A DNA stretch of 63,967 nt, counting the filler. It is 5 parts of 5 records of this genome, joined end to end, with 100 filler letters (N's around TTAATTAATTAA, not from the genome) between each part and the next. Parts side by side here need not be neighbours in the genome. Positions count along the whole stretch, not along the records: positions 17,677 to 37,885 come from SRR22947725_1545; positions 37,986 to 53,025 come from SRR22947725_1547; 3 more parts are not named here. One strand, written 5' to 3'. The notes beneath the pieces were generated by a model. It did no database searches. It was not told the origin of the DNA and saw only the letters and a list, made by a program, of their open reading frames with translations. A program made the position numbers and the translations under genes. Numbering within the stretch: position 1 is the stretch's first letter; every line of letters begins with the position of its first letter. Shown here piece by piece: positions 28,839 to 38,343 of the stretch.

Positions 28839-29414
28839 GGGCTTTGGTGCCCAGGCGTCTAAAGTCCAGCTGTCCTGAGCGCGCAACACATGCAGCGAGG
28901 CATTTTCTAACCTCTCACCCTTGGGTGGGACCTTGCCATCCGTTACCTCGGAGAGCACAAACCTAATTAGCGCACCATGACTGACGGCAAGAACGCGAGC
29001 GCCGGTGTGACGTTTGGTCACCTCTGAAAGCAGCAGCCTGGCGCGTTGCGTGACGGCCTGTGTTGACTCGGCACCGGGGATCTCGTCGAGTTGGGAGTAC
29101 TTCTCATGCCACTCGGTGTAGAGCATGCCCTCACCGATTCCAAAGGCGCGCTCTAGGAGCAAGTCATCCTGCATCACCTCTTTGGCACCGATTCGCTCAG
29201 CCAGAATTTCGGCTGTGTGCCTGGCCCGCTCCAGGGGAGAGGAGAGCACGATGTCCCACTTTGTGGGAAGGTGAAGCGCAGCCTGCTGCACCTGCTGAAT
29301 GCCAACCTGATTCATGGGGATGTCTGCTGTGCCTTGCAGTCTGAGGTCTATGTTCCAATCGGTCTGCCCATGTCTAAAAAGACCCAGTACCGTCTCGTTA
29401 GCCAAGAATCGCAC
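28824..29414 (-). CDS. Histidine phosphatase family protein
   Basis: RHGQTDWN, SSPLERA, VSHG. Confidence 0.88.
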   Translation of the reverse strand: MRFLANETVLGLFRHGQTDWNIDLRLQGTADIPMNQVGIQQVQQAALHLPTKWDIVLSSPLERARHTAEILAERIGAKEVMQDDLLLERAFGIGEGMLYTEWHEKYSQLDEIPGAESTQAVTQRARLLLSEVTKRHTGARVLAVSHGALIRFVLSEVTDGKVPPKGERLENASLHVLRAQDSWTLDAWAPKPLGSS

Positions 29415-30222
29415 CTAGCAAATCTGTAGTTGAACCATTGATTCTCACGCTCGCAAACTCATCTGCCCTGGTTGGTCCAAGATTGACAATCACAACCGGC
29501 TTCTCGTCTGCCACCGCGCGCTTTACCAATCTCAGGCCCGAGTTCACCGTGAGAGAGCTGCCAGCAACCAAGATTGCCTCCGCTGCAGCCACGCGTGATT
29601 CGGCGTCGGCAACTCTGGGCTTTGGCACCTGCTCACCAAAGAAGACAACGTCTGGCTTGTAGTGAGATCCGCAGCTGCAGTCTGGGACTGTGAAGCCCTC
29701 TGGCACCTCAACCTCGGCATCGCCGTCGGGGGAGAACTCAACGCTGAAGTCTCTAATTAGCTGCGGGTTTGCCTCCGCGATGCGCTCATCCATCTCGAGA
29801 CGGGAGAAGCTGTCGCCACAACCCACGCACAGCACACGATCTAGTCGGCCGTGGAGCTCTAGAACAGACCTCGATCCAGCCTTTTGGTGGAGCCCATCAA
29901 CGTTCTGAGTTATCACGGATGAGATAACCCCTCGCTTCTCGGCGTCGGCAATAGCCTGGTGGCCCAGATTCGGATTTGCACTTGCGATTCGGTTCCAACC
30001 GACATAGCTGCGGGCCCAGTAGCGGGCCTGGTTTGACTTGGAGCCCATGAACTCATCAAATGTGAGTGGGTGCTTTTGAACCCGACCCTCGCCTCGATAG
30101 TCGGGAATGCCACTGTCTGTGGAGATGCCTGCTCCGGTGATTATCAGCGCTGTCCGGTTAGCGAGAATCTCTCTGGCGCGCTCAACCGAGTAGCTAATTG
30201 CTGGGCTGAGGGAATCTGTCAC
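29398..30222 (-). CDS. Sir2-family NAD-dependent protein deacylase (class II-like)
   Basis: GAGISTDSGIPDYRG, RYWARS, TQNVDGLH, HG, CxxC...CxC, KPDVVFFGE, GSSL. Confidence 0.9.
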   Translation of the reverse strand: MTDSLSPAISYSVERAREILANRTALIITGAGISTDSGIPDYRGEGRVQKHPLTFDEFMGSKSNQARYWARSYVGWNRIASANPNLGHQAIADAEKRGVISSVITQNVDGLHQKAGSRSVLELHGRLDRVLCVGCGDSFSRLEMDERIAEANPQLIRDFSVEFSPDGDAEVEVPEGFTVPDCSCGSHYKPDVVFFGEQVPKPRVADAESRVAAAEAILVAGSSLTVNSGLRLVKRAVADEKPVVIVNLGPTRADEFASVRINGSTTDLLGAILG

Positions 30223-30250
30223 TTGCCGATTCTAACTGAGTCATTTGTTG

Positions 30251-30334
30251 TGTCCGAGGGGGGACTTGAACCCCCACCCTCTATGCGAGGACTAGCACCT
30301 CAAGCTAGCGCGTCTACCATTCCGCCACCCGGAC
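30251..30334 (-). tRNA. tRNA-Leu(GAG), CCA not encoded
   Basis: Reverse complement GTCCGGGTGGCGGAATGGTAGACGCG-CTAGC-TTGAGGT-GCTAG-...GGGGGTTCAAGTCCCCC-CTCGGAC-A; long variable arm. Confidence 0.96.
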
Positions 30335-30418
30335 TCAAGGATGAAATCTACCACGAAAGCAAGTAGAGAAACAGCGGGGGTACTTGGAAAGCTGCAGGCG
30401 AAGCGATAGCTTTTAGAT

Positions 30419-30625
30419 ATGCATGAGGATCCAGCAGTTGCCCTGCAGAGGTTGGTTTCCGCGCTAGAGCGGCACCTTGATGCCTCCGCCACCAGGCGCG
30501 AGGGAAACGACGAAGCGCTCAACCTTGCCTACGATCAGCTTGAAGAGGCATTCCTCGGCTATGAAGAGGCGCTGCAGCAGACCTACGGAGAGTATCTGCC
30601 TTTCGAGCAGGCCGAAGAGCAGTGA
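30419..30625 (+). CDS. Small acidic helical hypothetical protein
   Basis: 68 aa, coupled (GTGA) to uppP, TANNNT box 6 nt upstream. Confidence 0.7.
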   Translation: MHEDPAVALQRLVSALERHLDASATRREGNDEALNLAYDQLEEAFLGYEEALQQTYGEYLPFEQAEEQ

Positions 30626-31449
30626 GTTTCTTTGAAGCCATACTGCTGGGACTAATTCAGGGCCTCACAGAATTCCTGCCCATATCTTCATCAGCCCACG
30701 TTCAAATCGCGCAGGAGCTGATGGGCCTCAGTGAGCTCAGCAAACCGCAGTTGACCGCCTTCATTGCGACAATTCAGATCGGCACCGAGCTCGCCGTAAT
30801 CAGCTACTTCTTCAAGACCATCGTTTCAATAGTCTCCGCGTGGTTTAGCTCCGGATTTCAGTCCTGGTCCAAGCAGCCAGGAGAGGCTCGCATGGGCTGG
30901 CTGATAATCGTGGGAACGCTTCCGATTGCGTTTTTGGGGCTGCTGTTTAGGGAGCAGGTGGAAAACGATGTTCGCCAGCTATGGGTCATCGGAGTGACGC
31001 TGATTGTCTTTGGGCTCCTTCTGGGGCTAGCCGACTTCATCGGTAAAAAGCGCAGGGCAATTAGCGAGTTGGGTGTGGGGTCGGGTATTGCCTTTGGTCT
31101 TGGCCAGGCGCTTGCCCTGATTCCCGGGGTCTCGAGGTCGGGTGGATCAATTACCGTCGGGCTGCTTTTGGGATTCACCAGAGAGGCTGCTGCTCGCTAC
31201 AGCTTCCTGCTCGCAATTCCCGCGGTTCTGGCAGCTGGCACTCTGCAGTTCGTTAGCTCGTTTGGAGATTTGCCGCAGGATCTGCTCTTGGCAACCATCA
31301 CTGCCACGATTGTGAGCTTTGTTTCTGGCTATGCGGTTATCGCCTGGCTACTTCGCTATCTAGAGCGAGGTTCCTTCTTGCCATTTGTGCTCTGGCGGGT
31401 AATGGTGGGGTCGCTGCTGCTGATCGGCCTTGCGATCGGTGCTATTTAG
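30622..31449 (+). CDS. uppP: Undecaprenyl-diphosphate phosphatase
   Basis: QGLTEFLPISSSAH, PGVSRSG, AARYSFLL. Confidence 0.95.
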   Translation: MSFFEAILLGLIQGLTEFLPISSSAHVQIAQELMGLSELSKPQLTAFIATIQIGTELAVISYFFKTIVSIVSAWFSSGFQSWSKQPGEARMGWLIIVGTLPIAFLGLLFREQVENDVRQLWVIGVTLIVFGLLLGLADFIGKKRRAISELGVGSGIAFGLGQALALIPGVSRSGGSITVGLLLGFTREAAARYSFLLAIPAVLAAGTLQFVSSFGDLPQDLLLATITATIVSFVSGYAVIAWLLRYLERGSFLPFVLWRVMVGSLLLIGLAIGAI

Positions 31450-32297
31450 CCCTGGTCACCCGGGGAGTCTGGACGCTGCCTGAGGTAGCGCTCAAATTCT
31501 TTGGCTAGGGCGTCCCCAGATGCCTGCTGGGAATCCAATTCATCGCGACTGGTCTCCAGCTGGGTGACGTAGGCGGCCATCTCCTCGTCAGACTCGGCCA
31601 TCTCATCGATTGAGCGCTCCCACTCGAAAGCAAGTTCGGTAAGAGTGTCAGAGTCAAAGGCAAAAGGTGTGACGGAGGTTAGCTCAGATAGAAAGCTGAT
31701 TGCGGCCTTTGGGTTTGAGGTGTTGTGGACGTAGTGAGGAACCGATCCCCAAAGCGAAAGGACCGGAATGCCCTCTGCCTCAAAGGCCTGGGACAAAACC
31801 GTCAGGATTCCAACGGGACCCTCGTACCGAGATGGCTCGAGGTCAAACAGTTCTCTGAGAGCTGGGTTCTGTGAGGAGCGGAAGACCTGCATGGGTCTTG
31901 TGTGGGGCACATCAGCCAGCATTGCTCCCAGCATGATCACGTAGTCAATCTCACGGTCCTGGACCATCTCCAGCACCTCGCCGGCAAAGCTCAGCCAGCG
32001 CCTAGAGGGCTCGGTGCCAATGAGCAAGTAGAGATCGTCAAGCGCTGGAATCTTTGCAATCTGCTCTTTAGAGGCCTGCATTAGCTCAGTGCCTGGCCAG
32101 CTGAGGGTGCGGTTTCCGTCCTCGTCAAGCTCGAGCATTGGGCGAGAAAACTGGAAGTCGTAGTAATCCTCTGGATCAACGGCGTCTATGGTCATGGCCT
32201 GGATCTGCTCGGCGATGGCCTTTACGGCGCCCGAGGCAGCCTCGGTGGCGTCGTTCCAACCCTCAAATGCCACTACCAGAATTCGACCGGAAAGCAT
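31446..32297 (-). CDS. PAC2 (proteasome assembly chaperone-like) family protein
   Basis: AFEGWNDA, YYDFQFSRP, GTEP, DVPHTRP, YEGPVG, VPHY, FERYL. Confidence 0.88.
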   Translation of the reverse strand: MLSGRILVVAFEGWNDATEAASGAVKAIAEQIQAMTIDAVDPEDYYDFQFSRPMLELDEDGNRTLSWPGTELMQASKEQIAKIPALDDLYLLIGTEPSRRWLSFAGEVLEMVQDREIDYVIMLGAMLADVPHTRPMQVFRSSQNPALRELFDLEPSRYEGPVGILTVLSQAFEAEGIPVLSLWGSVPHYVHNTSNPKAAISFLSELTSVTPFAFDSDTLTELAFEWERSIDEMAESDEEMAAYVTQLETSRDELDSQQASGDALAKEFERYLRQRPDSPGDQG

Positions 32298-32355
32298 CTA
32301 GCTCCTTTGTTCCAGGTGAAAACTCTAATTCACACCTCAAACTAGACTTGCCGCA

Positions 32356-33024
32356 ATGTCAAAAAACGCTTTCCCCCTCGCCGTGCTTTGGGATATGGAC
32401 GGAACCCTGGTCGACTCCGAGCACTACTGGTCGATCAGCCAAAACCGGCTGGCGAACCAGTACGGCGCCATCTGGACTGACGAGGATGAGAAAGGCGTCA
32501 TTGGCTCATCGCTATATGACTCCTCGGACCTAATAAAGCGAAAGTTTGGCATCGAGGATAAAAGCGTCCAAGAGATTATCGACCACCTTACCGACGAAGT
32601 TATTGAGCAGCTGCGGCAGGTTTTACCCTGGCGTCCAGGGGCTCTTGAATTACTCCTTGAACTCAAGCAGGCTGGCATCAAGACCGCGCTAGTAACAATG
32701 TCGATGCGCAGAATGGCCCTCGCGGTTGCCGAATCGATTCCATTCGCGGCCTTTGACATCGTGATTGCGGGAGACGACGTTCGATACGGCAAGCCCCATC
32801 CAGAGCCCTATTTGACTGCTGCTGCGAAACTGGGAGTTGCACCCATCGACTGCATCGCCTTTGAGGACTCGGTTACCGGCCTGAACAGCGCAGCCGCCGC
32901 CGGAACTCATGCAATTGGCGTGAGAAACTTGGTTGAATTACCCGGTGGCAGCGACAGAAAGATCATTGACACCCTGGTTGGACTGTCTGCCACAAACCTC
33001 CACGAACTGAGAATTCATGAGTGA
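32356..33024 (+). CDS. HAD family phosphatase
   Basis: WDMDGTLVDSE, KPHPEPY, FEDS. Confidence 0.9.
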   Translation: MSKNAFPLAVLWDMDGTLVDSEHYWSISQNRLANQYGAIWTDEDEKGVIGSSLYDSSDLIKRKFGIEDKSVQEIIDHLTDEVIEQLRQVLPWRPGALELLLELKQAGIKTALVTMSMRRMALAVAESIPFAAFDIVIAGDDVRYGKPHPEPYLTAAAKLGVAPIDCIAFEDSVTGLNSAAAAGTHAIGVRNLVELPGGSDRKIIDTLVGLSATNLHELRIHE

Positions 33025-33979
33025 GATATTCAAGGCAGGGGATAGGGCTCAGCTAACCGGCCCCAAGGGCAAGATGAATACCATCGTGCTCGAGGTCGGC
33101 GGCAAGCTTGGCACCCACAAGGGCGACATTCACCACGACCAGATAATTGGCATTCCCTCCGGTTCAGTAATCGAAAACCGCAACGGCGACAAGTACTTGG
33201 TTCTGAAGCCACTCTTATCGGACTATGTGCTGTCGATGCCCCGAGGGGCCCAGATCATCTACCCAAAGGACGCTGCACAAATCATTGTCGAGGGAGACAT
33301 TTTCCCAGGTGCAAACGTAATTGAAGCTGGCGTTGGCTCGGGAGCACTCTCCGCGTACCTACTGAGGGCAATCGGCGACTCAGGCCACCTTCACTCGTTC
33401 GAGGTTCGCGAGGAGTTTGCCCAGATTGCAAAGGCAAACGTAGCGAACTTCCTTGATGGAGAGCCCAAGAACTGGAGCGTGAGGATTGGCAAGCTTCAGG
33501 AGCAGTTGCCGCTGGCTATAGATGCCAAGAGCGCGGATCGAGCAATCCTGGACATGCTGGCTCCCTGGGAGTGCGTTGAGGCAGTCCATGCAGCGCTTAG
33601 GCCGGGTGGAGTGCTCGTTGTCTACGTTGCCACCGTCACGCAGCTGAGCAGGACCGTCGAGGAGATTAAGTCACTAGGCGGCTTCACTGACCCAAGCGCA
33701 TTTGAAACCACGGTTCGACCTTGGCACCTTGAAGGGCTTGCCGTGAGGCCAGAGCACCGCATGATCGGCCACACCGGCTTTTTGATGACCGCAAGGCGGC
33801 TAGCTGATGACACCGAGCTGCCAGACTTCAGAACCAGAAGGGTCAACAAGGCGGAGTTTACGGAGGCGGACATGGACTCCTGGCTTCCCGAGGCCATGGG
33901 GGTAAGGCCAATCGGTGAGAAAAAGCTGAGAAAGACCGTGAGAAAGGTCACATCCGAGACCGATAAGCGGAAGAATTAG
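33017..33979 (+). CDS. trmI: tRNA (adenine58-N1)-methyltransferase
   Basis: MPRGAQIIYPKD, EAGVGSGALS, LDMLAPW, RPEHRMIGHTGFL. Confidence 0.93.
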   Translation: MSEIFKAGDRAQLTGPKGKMNTIVLEVGGKLGTHKGDIHHDQIIGIPSGSVIENRNGDKYLVLKPLLSDYVLSMPRGAQIIYPKDAAQIIVEGDIFPGANVIEAGVGSGALSAYLLRAIGDSGHLHSFEVREEFAQIAKANVANFLDGEPKNWSVRIGKLQEQLPLAIDAKSADRAILDMLAPWECVEAVHAALRPGGVLVVYVATVTQLSRTVEEIKSLGGFTDPSAFETTVRPWHLEGLAVRPEHRMIGHTGFLMTARRLADDTELPDFRTRRVNKAEFTEADMDSWLPEAMGVRPIGEKKLRKTVRKVTSETDKRKN

Positions 33980-33997
33980 GAAATCGAAGGGAACCCA

Positions 33998-34963
33998 TTG
34001 AAAAAACTTCTGGCACTTATTGCGCCCGTGTTGCTGATCGCTGGCTGCGCAGCTGCGGAGACCGAGCCCCAGGGCTATGCGCAGATGTCCACCAAGCTTG
34101 AGAACTACTGCGAGCCATACTCAACCGGCGACACCGCTGACTTGATTTCAGCAGCGGGAGAGCTGGGTCAGCAGCCAGAGGTTAGCTTCCCCTATCCGCT
34201 TGAGGGCACAGGAGTAGAGACCAAGGTCATCATTGAGGGCTCTGGTGGTGCGATCGTGGGTGGACAGCGAGTCTCCCTTCACTACGCGGGCTTCAATGCC
34301 GCAACCGGTGAGCAGTTCCAGGCAAGCGACTTCACAACCGACAACTACATCTTCCAAGACCTTGTTCAGGGAAACAGCCCGGACTTCTGCAAGGCCCTTA
34401 CCGGCGTGCAGGTTGGCTCGAGGGTTGCTGTGCTACTTAACCCCGAGGCCGCACACGACTCTGCAGGAATCCCAGCGCTTGGCATAGAGGCCACTGATGG
34501 CATCATCTTTGTCTTCGACGTGCTGGATGCCTTCCTACCAAGAGCCGTGGGTGACGCTAGGGCAGCGGAGGCCGGTATGCCAACCGTGATCCTCGCACCA
34601 CAAGGTCAACCAGGTATTCAGGTTCCAGCAGAGGATGCTCCCAGCGAGTTCCGCAGGACGATATTGATTGAGGGAACTGGAGAACCAATCGAGATTGGTG
34701 ACCAGGTAGTTGTTCACTACGCGGGTTGGACCTGGGAGGGCGAACAGTTCGACAACTCGTGGGATCGCATCTCACCGGCCAGCTTTACCGTCTCCTCAAA
34801 TTCATTGATTGAGGGCTTTGTTCAAGCACTTGAGGGAGTCAAGGTTGGGTCGCAGGTCATTGCCGTAATTCCACCAGATCTAGGCTACGGCGATTCAGCA
34901 CAGGGCTCGATACCACCAGGTTCTACCCTGATATTTGTAATTGACGTTTTGGGTAAGGACTAG
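33998..34963 (+). CDS. FKBP-type peptidyl-prolyl isomerase lipoprotein (two FKBP-like domains)
   Basis: Lipobox IAGC; VHYAG, FDNSW, IPPDLGYG, TLIFVIDVL. Confidence 0.9.
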   Translation: MKKLLALIAPVLLIAGCAAAETEPQGYAQMSTKLENYCEPYSTGDTADLISAAGELGQQPEVSFPYPLEGTGVETKVIIEGSGGAIVGGQRVSLHYAGFNAATGEQFQASDFTTDNYIFQDLVQGNSPDFCKALTGVQVGSRVAVLLNPEAAHDSAGIPALGIEATDGIIFVFDVLDAFLPRAVGDARAAEAGMPTVILAPQGQPGIQVPAEDAPSEFRRTILIEGTGEPIEIGDQVVVHYAGWTWEGEQFDNSWDRISPASFTVSSNSLIEGFVQALEGVKVGSQVIAVIPPDLGYGDSAQGSIPPGSTLIFVIDVLGKD

Positions 34964-34984
34964 CCAAAAGACCTAGGGGGCAAG

Positions 34985-35923
34985 GTGGCAAAGCAATCTC
35001 CAGCTGAGCGCCTCTTTACCCTGACCTGCTGTCTGCTTGCCTCACCGGTAATAGGGCTCAGCAAGCAAGATCTCTTTGATGCCGTGCCTGCCTATCGGGA
35101 ATCAAGTGGTGGCGATGCTCTCGAGAAGATGTTTGACAGAGACAAAAAGGCGCTGCGCAACATGGGAGTGCAGCTGGAGGTAAGAAACAACGACGCCTTC
35201 GAAGAGGGCGAGAGTGCCCGCTATCTGATCAGCCGTGGAGCCTTCGTTTGGCCCGCAGAGTTTGAGCTAAACCCCAAGCAGCTTGGCCTAGTTGAACTTG
35301 CGGCAAGATCATGGAACACGCAAATCTTTGGCAGCGCAGCTCGCAGCGGCCTAACCCGGCTGAAGTCTCGGGGCATGGTCGAGATAGACAGGCAGCTGCA
35401 GCACATCTCACCGCGCCTTGTTGCAAAGCACGAGTCTTTTGGGCCGTTAGCCGACGCCATAAGCGCCACGACAACAGCCGTCTTCGAATACCGCAAGAGC
35501 GATGGCAGTCAGTCTGTGCGAGAGGTTGAGCCGCTCAAGTTGCGCCTGATTGAGGGGGAGTGGGTCCTGCTTGCCCGGGAGCGAGACGCCGTAAAGAACT
35601 TCTTGCTCCGCAGAATCGTTAGCAAGGTCAGGGACACCGAGGCTTTATTTACTCCTCCCAGTGAGGCCGTGATTACCCGCGCTGAGCAGGACCTGGTTGC
35701 CTTTGCCGCATCGAATGTTGCAGTAATCGAGATAGTCCCCGATAGCGAGGCCTGGTGGCACTTTGGCTCAGAAAGAGAGCAGGTGGAGCTCAACTACATG
35801 GATGAGGCGCTGATGGCCGAGGACCTCATGGAGTTTGGAGCTGACCTAAAGGTAATAAGCCCAAAGTCTTTGGGCGATCGAATTAGAGCGGGATTTGAGG
35901 CGGTGATTGCGTCTCATGCCTAA
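34985..35923 (+). CDS. pafB: HTH-WYL transcriptional regulator PafB
   Basis: ERL...MFDRDK..LR..GV HTH, WVL, FLLRRI; canonical position. Confidence 0.82.
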   Translation: MAKQSPAERLFTLTCCLLASPVIGLSKQDLFDAVPAYRESSGGDALEKMFDRDKKALRNMGVQLEVRNNDAFEEGESARYLISRGAFVWPAEFELNPKQLGLVELAARSWNTQIFGSAARSGLTRLKSRGMVEIDRQLQHISPRLVAKHESFGPLADAISATTTAVFEYRKSDGSQSVREVEPLKLRLIEGEWVLLARERDAVKNFLLRRIVSKVRDTEALFTPPSEAVITRAEQDLVAFAASNVAVIEIVPDSEAWWHFGSEREQVELNYMDEALMAEDLMEFGADLKVISPKSLGDRIRAGFEAVIASHA

Positions 35924-36878
35924 GCAGGAATTAGATGGCGTTGAGCTATTCAACCTCTCACTGTCAATTGTCGGGACGGTGCTTCGCGATGGCGACCAGC
36001 GGGTGAGCGACCTCGCTGAGCTATTCGAGGTTAGTGAGGCGGCCATCGAGAAAGCCGTCATGGCCGTTGCGAATAGTGAGGACGTCAAGAACTGCGAGAC
36101 CCACTTCTATGTTGACGTTGAAGAGCTTGCCGAGGGCTACGTGTCGCTCTCGCAAGGCATGTCATCCCTGAGCGAACCGCCTTCACTGTCCAGGAGACAG
36201 CTGAGCTCGATTGCAATTGGCCTGGACTACCTAGCTGCAATTCCGCAGTTCAAGGCTGATGCAGACCTGCAGGCTCTTAGGGCACTAATCAGCGAGAGCT
36301 CTCCCGCCTCGGCCACCTCGCACATCCCATCGCGCCTAACCGAGCAGATTGAGACTCTGCAGGAGGCGATGAGCAAGGAGCTTGCTATTGAGTGCGAATA
36401 CATCAATCAAACCGGAGCCAAGTCCTCGCGAACCATAGACCCGCTCCGGATCGACTTCATCGGCCGTCGCCACTACCTGCGCGGTTTCTGCAGAACAAGT
36501 GGTGAGCTGAGGGCCTTCCGACTTGACAGGATCCAAAGTCTTAGCATCACCGGCAATTCCATTCCCGAGTCGACAAAGGGACTTCCGATTCCCCAGGAGG
36601 TCTTTGGCGAGGTCACAGAGGAGCAGATTGTGGAGGTAACTGCGAGCGCCGAAGCCGCGGAGATTTTCTGGAACTTTCCAGTGGCGGGTAACACAAAGCG
36701 AACTGGCGACCAATTGCAGGGTTCGATTCGGGTCGGCAACTTGGCAGCCCTCGGCAGGCATGTGGCAAAGTATGGTGGCATGGTGACGGTAATTGCTCCA
36801 GAGAGCGCTAGGTCAGCGGTCAGAGACTTTGCGCAGCGTGCCCTTGCAGGTGCCAGTGCGCCAGGAGACGAGGACTGA
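35916..36878 (+). CDS. pafC: HTH-WYL transcriptional regulator PafC
   Basis: RTIDP, HYLRGFC, FRLDRI; follows pafB, precedes tatAC. Confidence 0.82.
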   Translation: MPKQELDGVELFNLSLSIVGTVLRDGDQRVSDLAELFEVSEAAIEKAVMAVANSEDVKNCETHFYVDVEELAEGYVSLSQGMSSLSEPPSLSRRQLSSIAIGLDYLAAIPQFKADADLQALRALISESSPASATSHIPSRLTEQIETLQEAMSKELAIECEYINQTGAKSSRTIDPLRIDFIGRRHYLRGFCRTSGELRAFRLDRIQSLSITGNSIPESTKGLPIPQEVFGEVTEEQIVEVTASAEAAEIFWNFPVAGNTKRTGDQLQGSIRVGNLAALGRHVAKYGGMVTVIAPESARSAVRDFAQRALAGASAPGDED

Positions 36879-37186
36879 TGGACCTAACCACCATCGCAAT
36901 CTGGGTCGCAGTGCTGGGTGGCCTATACGCTCTTGGGCTTAGCGGCTACCCCATCTTCTTGGCGATTCGGGCCCTCAAAGTTCAGCTGGATCGGGCCAAA
37001 GGGCTAATCACCGATATCGCTGCGGCCGAAAGTAACGATCCGACCCCCGCGGTGCCAACCAACCGCTCGGACCTAGTTAGAGTTATTACAGAGAGACAAG
37101 CTCTCAAACGTGCAAGAGCGCGAAAAGCCGAGGCCCGACAGCGTAGACTGGTGCGGATTCGAGAAATCGAAATAGATAAGAGGTAG
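36878..37186 (+). CDS. Hypothetical single-TM membrane protein
   Basis: 102 aa, N-terminal TM, Arg-rich tail; coupled between pafC and tatA. Confidence 0.7.
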   Translation: MDLTTIAIWVAVLGGLYALGLSGYPIFLAIRALKVQLDRAKGLITDIAAAESNDPTPAVPTNRSDLVRVITERQALKRARARKAEARQRRLVRIREIEIDKR

Positions 37187-37188
37187 GC

Positions 37189-37380
37189 ATGAGACTTCAA
37201 GGCTGGGAATGGATCATCATTCTTGCAATCGTCCTGTTGCTTTGGGGAGCGCCGAAGCTTCCAGCTCTAGCAAAGAGCGCGGCTCAGTCGATGCGCATCT
37301 TCAAGAAGGAAATCGACAAAAACGGCGAGCCCACTGAGGTCGCCAACGAGGCCAGCGAGAGCGAGAAGAAGCAAGACTAA
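37189..37380 (+). CDS. tatA: Twin-arginine translocase subunit A
   Basis: GWEWIIILAIVLLLWGAPKLP..AKS.AQSMRIFKKE. Confidence 0.92.
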   Translation: MRLQGWEWIIILAIVLLLWGAPKLPALAKSAAQSMRIFKKEIDKNGEPTEVANEASESEKKQD

Positions 37381-37885
37381 TGGCCCGGCGCAAAGACAAA
37401 GAGCGCCGAATGAGCCTTGGCTCCCACCTAAGGGAGCTGAGAAAGCGTCTTTCATGGTCGGCGGGTTTTATTCTGGCTGGCTCAGTAGTTGGCTGGTTCC
37501 TCTTCGACCCGGTTTTTAAGATTCTCCAGCAGCCGCTTCTTGATGTCACAGAGCGACGGGGCATCGAAGCGATCGTCAACTTCGGCACCGTGGTATCCGC
37601 TTTTGACCTGCGCATTCAAATCTCAATCTTCCTGGGAGTGATCCTCACCTCACCGGTTTGGCTCTGGAACTTCTGGGCCTTTATTGCCCCCGGGCTAAAG
37701 CAAAAGGAAAAGCGCTACGCCACTGGATTCACCGTCGCTGCGGTGCCGCTGTTCTTAGCGGGTACAGCCCTAGCCTGGACCTCACTACCGGGGTTTGTGG
37801 TCGTGCTTATCGGCTTTACCCCTGAAGGAAGCTCTAACGTTATTAACGCGAGCGAATATATCCTCTTCGCCATTCGCATTCTGCT
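37380..37885 (+). CDS. tatC: Twin-arginine translocase subunit C (3' partial)
   Basis: MSLGSHLRELRKRL, WAFIAPGL..KEK. Confidence 0.93.
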
Positions 37886-37985
37886 NNNNNNNNNNNNNNN
37901 NNNNNNNNNNNNNNNNNNNNNNNNNNNNNTTAATTAATTAANNNNNNNNNNNNNNNNNNNNNNNNNNNNNNNNNNNNNNNNNNNN
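37886..37985. other. Artificial contig spacer
   Basis: N44-TTAATTAATTAA-N44. Confidence 0.98.
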
Positions 37986-38331
37986 AAAACGTCAGTGTGA
38001 TTATTTAATCGTTGGGTTACAATTAGACCCTTCGATTGACCGTCCTGAGAAAAATGGACCTTCACAGTCTATAATAGAGCGGTATATTCAGCTAAAAGGA
38101 TCTAAGCATGTAGATGAAATTGTACCGTATGTATCTGAACAAGATTTAGAAGACATCTTACGTTCTTTTAAGCTTGATGTTAGAATCATTGGTGATGAGT
38201 ACAAAGAAAAGAACTTTACGGGTAGAACCTATTGTGAAGAAAAGGGAATAGAGCTCTATTACAACGCTAGAGATCACAGATTTTCTTCGAGTGGACTTAG
38301 AAAGCAAATTTCAATTATTGAAAAAAAATAA
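37986..38331 (+). CDS. Cytidylyltransferase (TagD/glycerol-3-phosphate cytidylyltransferase-like), 5' partial; absent from the ORF track
   Basis: Manual translation KRQCDYLIVGLQLDPSIDRPEKN...VDEIVPY...RIIGDEY...RDHRFSSSGLR. Confidence 0.82.
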
Positions 38332-38343
38332 TTTAGTTTTATT

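Noticed and set aside
29398-30222. Sir2 protein as anti-phage NADase (Thoeris/DSR), or as regulator of the acs in this window
   Set aside because: It has classical Zn-binding sirtuin deacylase motifs in a housekeeping context; acs lies on a different contig from a different phylum.
30251-30334. tRNA-Leu as an occupied integration site
   Set aside because: No integrase and no duplicated tRNA 3' end seen nearby.
34985-36878. WYL proteins as defence-island regulators
   Set aside because: A tandem pair between FKBP and tatAC is the canonical pafBC arrangement.
17625-37615. Numerous antisense and alternate-frame ORFs in the GC-rich contig
   Set aside because: They overlap well-supported genes, lack motifs, and are expected shadows at this GC content.
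17677-37885. GC-rich block as a horizontally acquired island
   Set aside because: Bounded by spacers and made of actinobacterial housekeeping genes; it is a separate organism.
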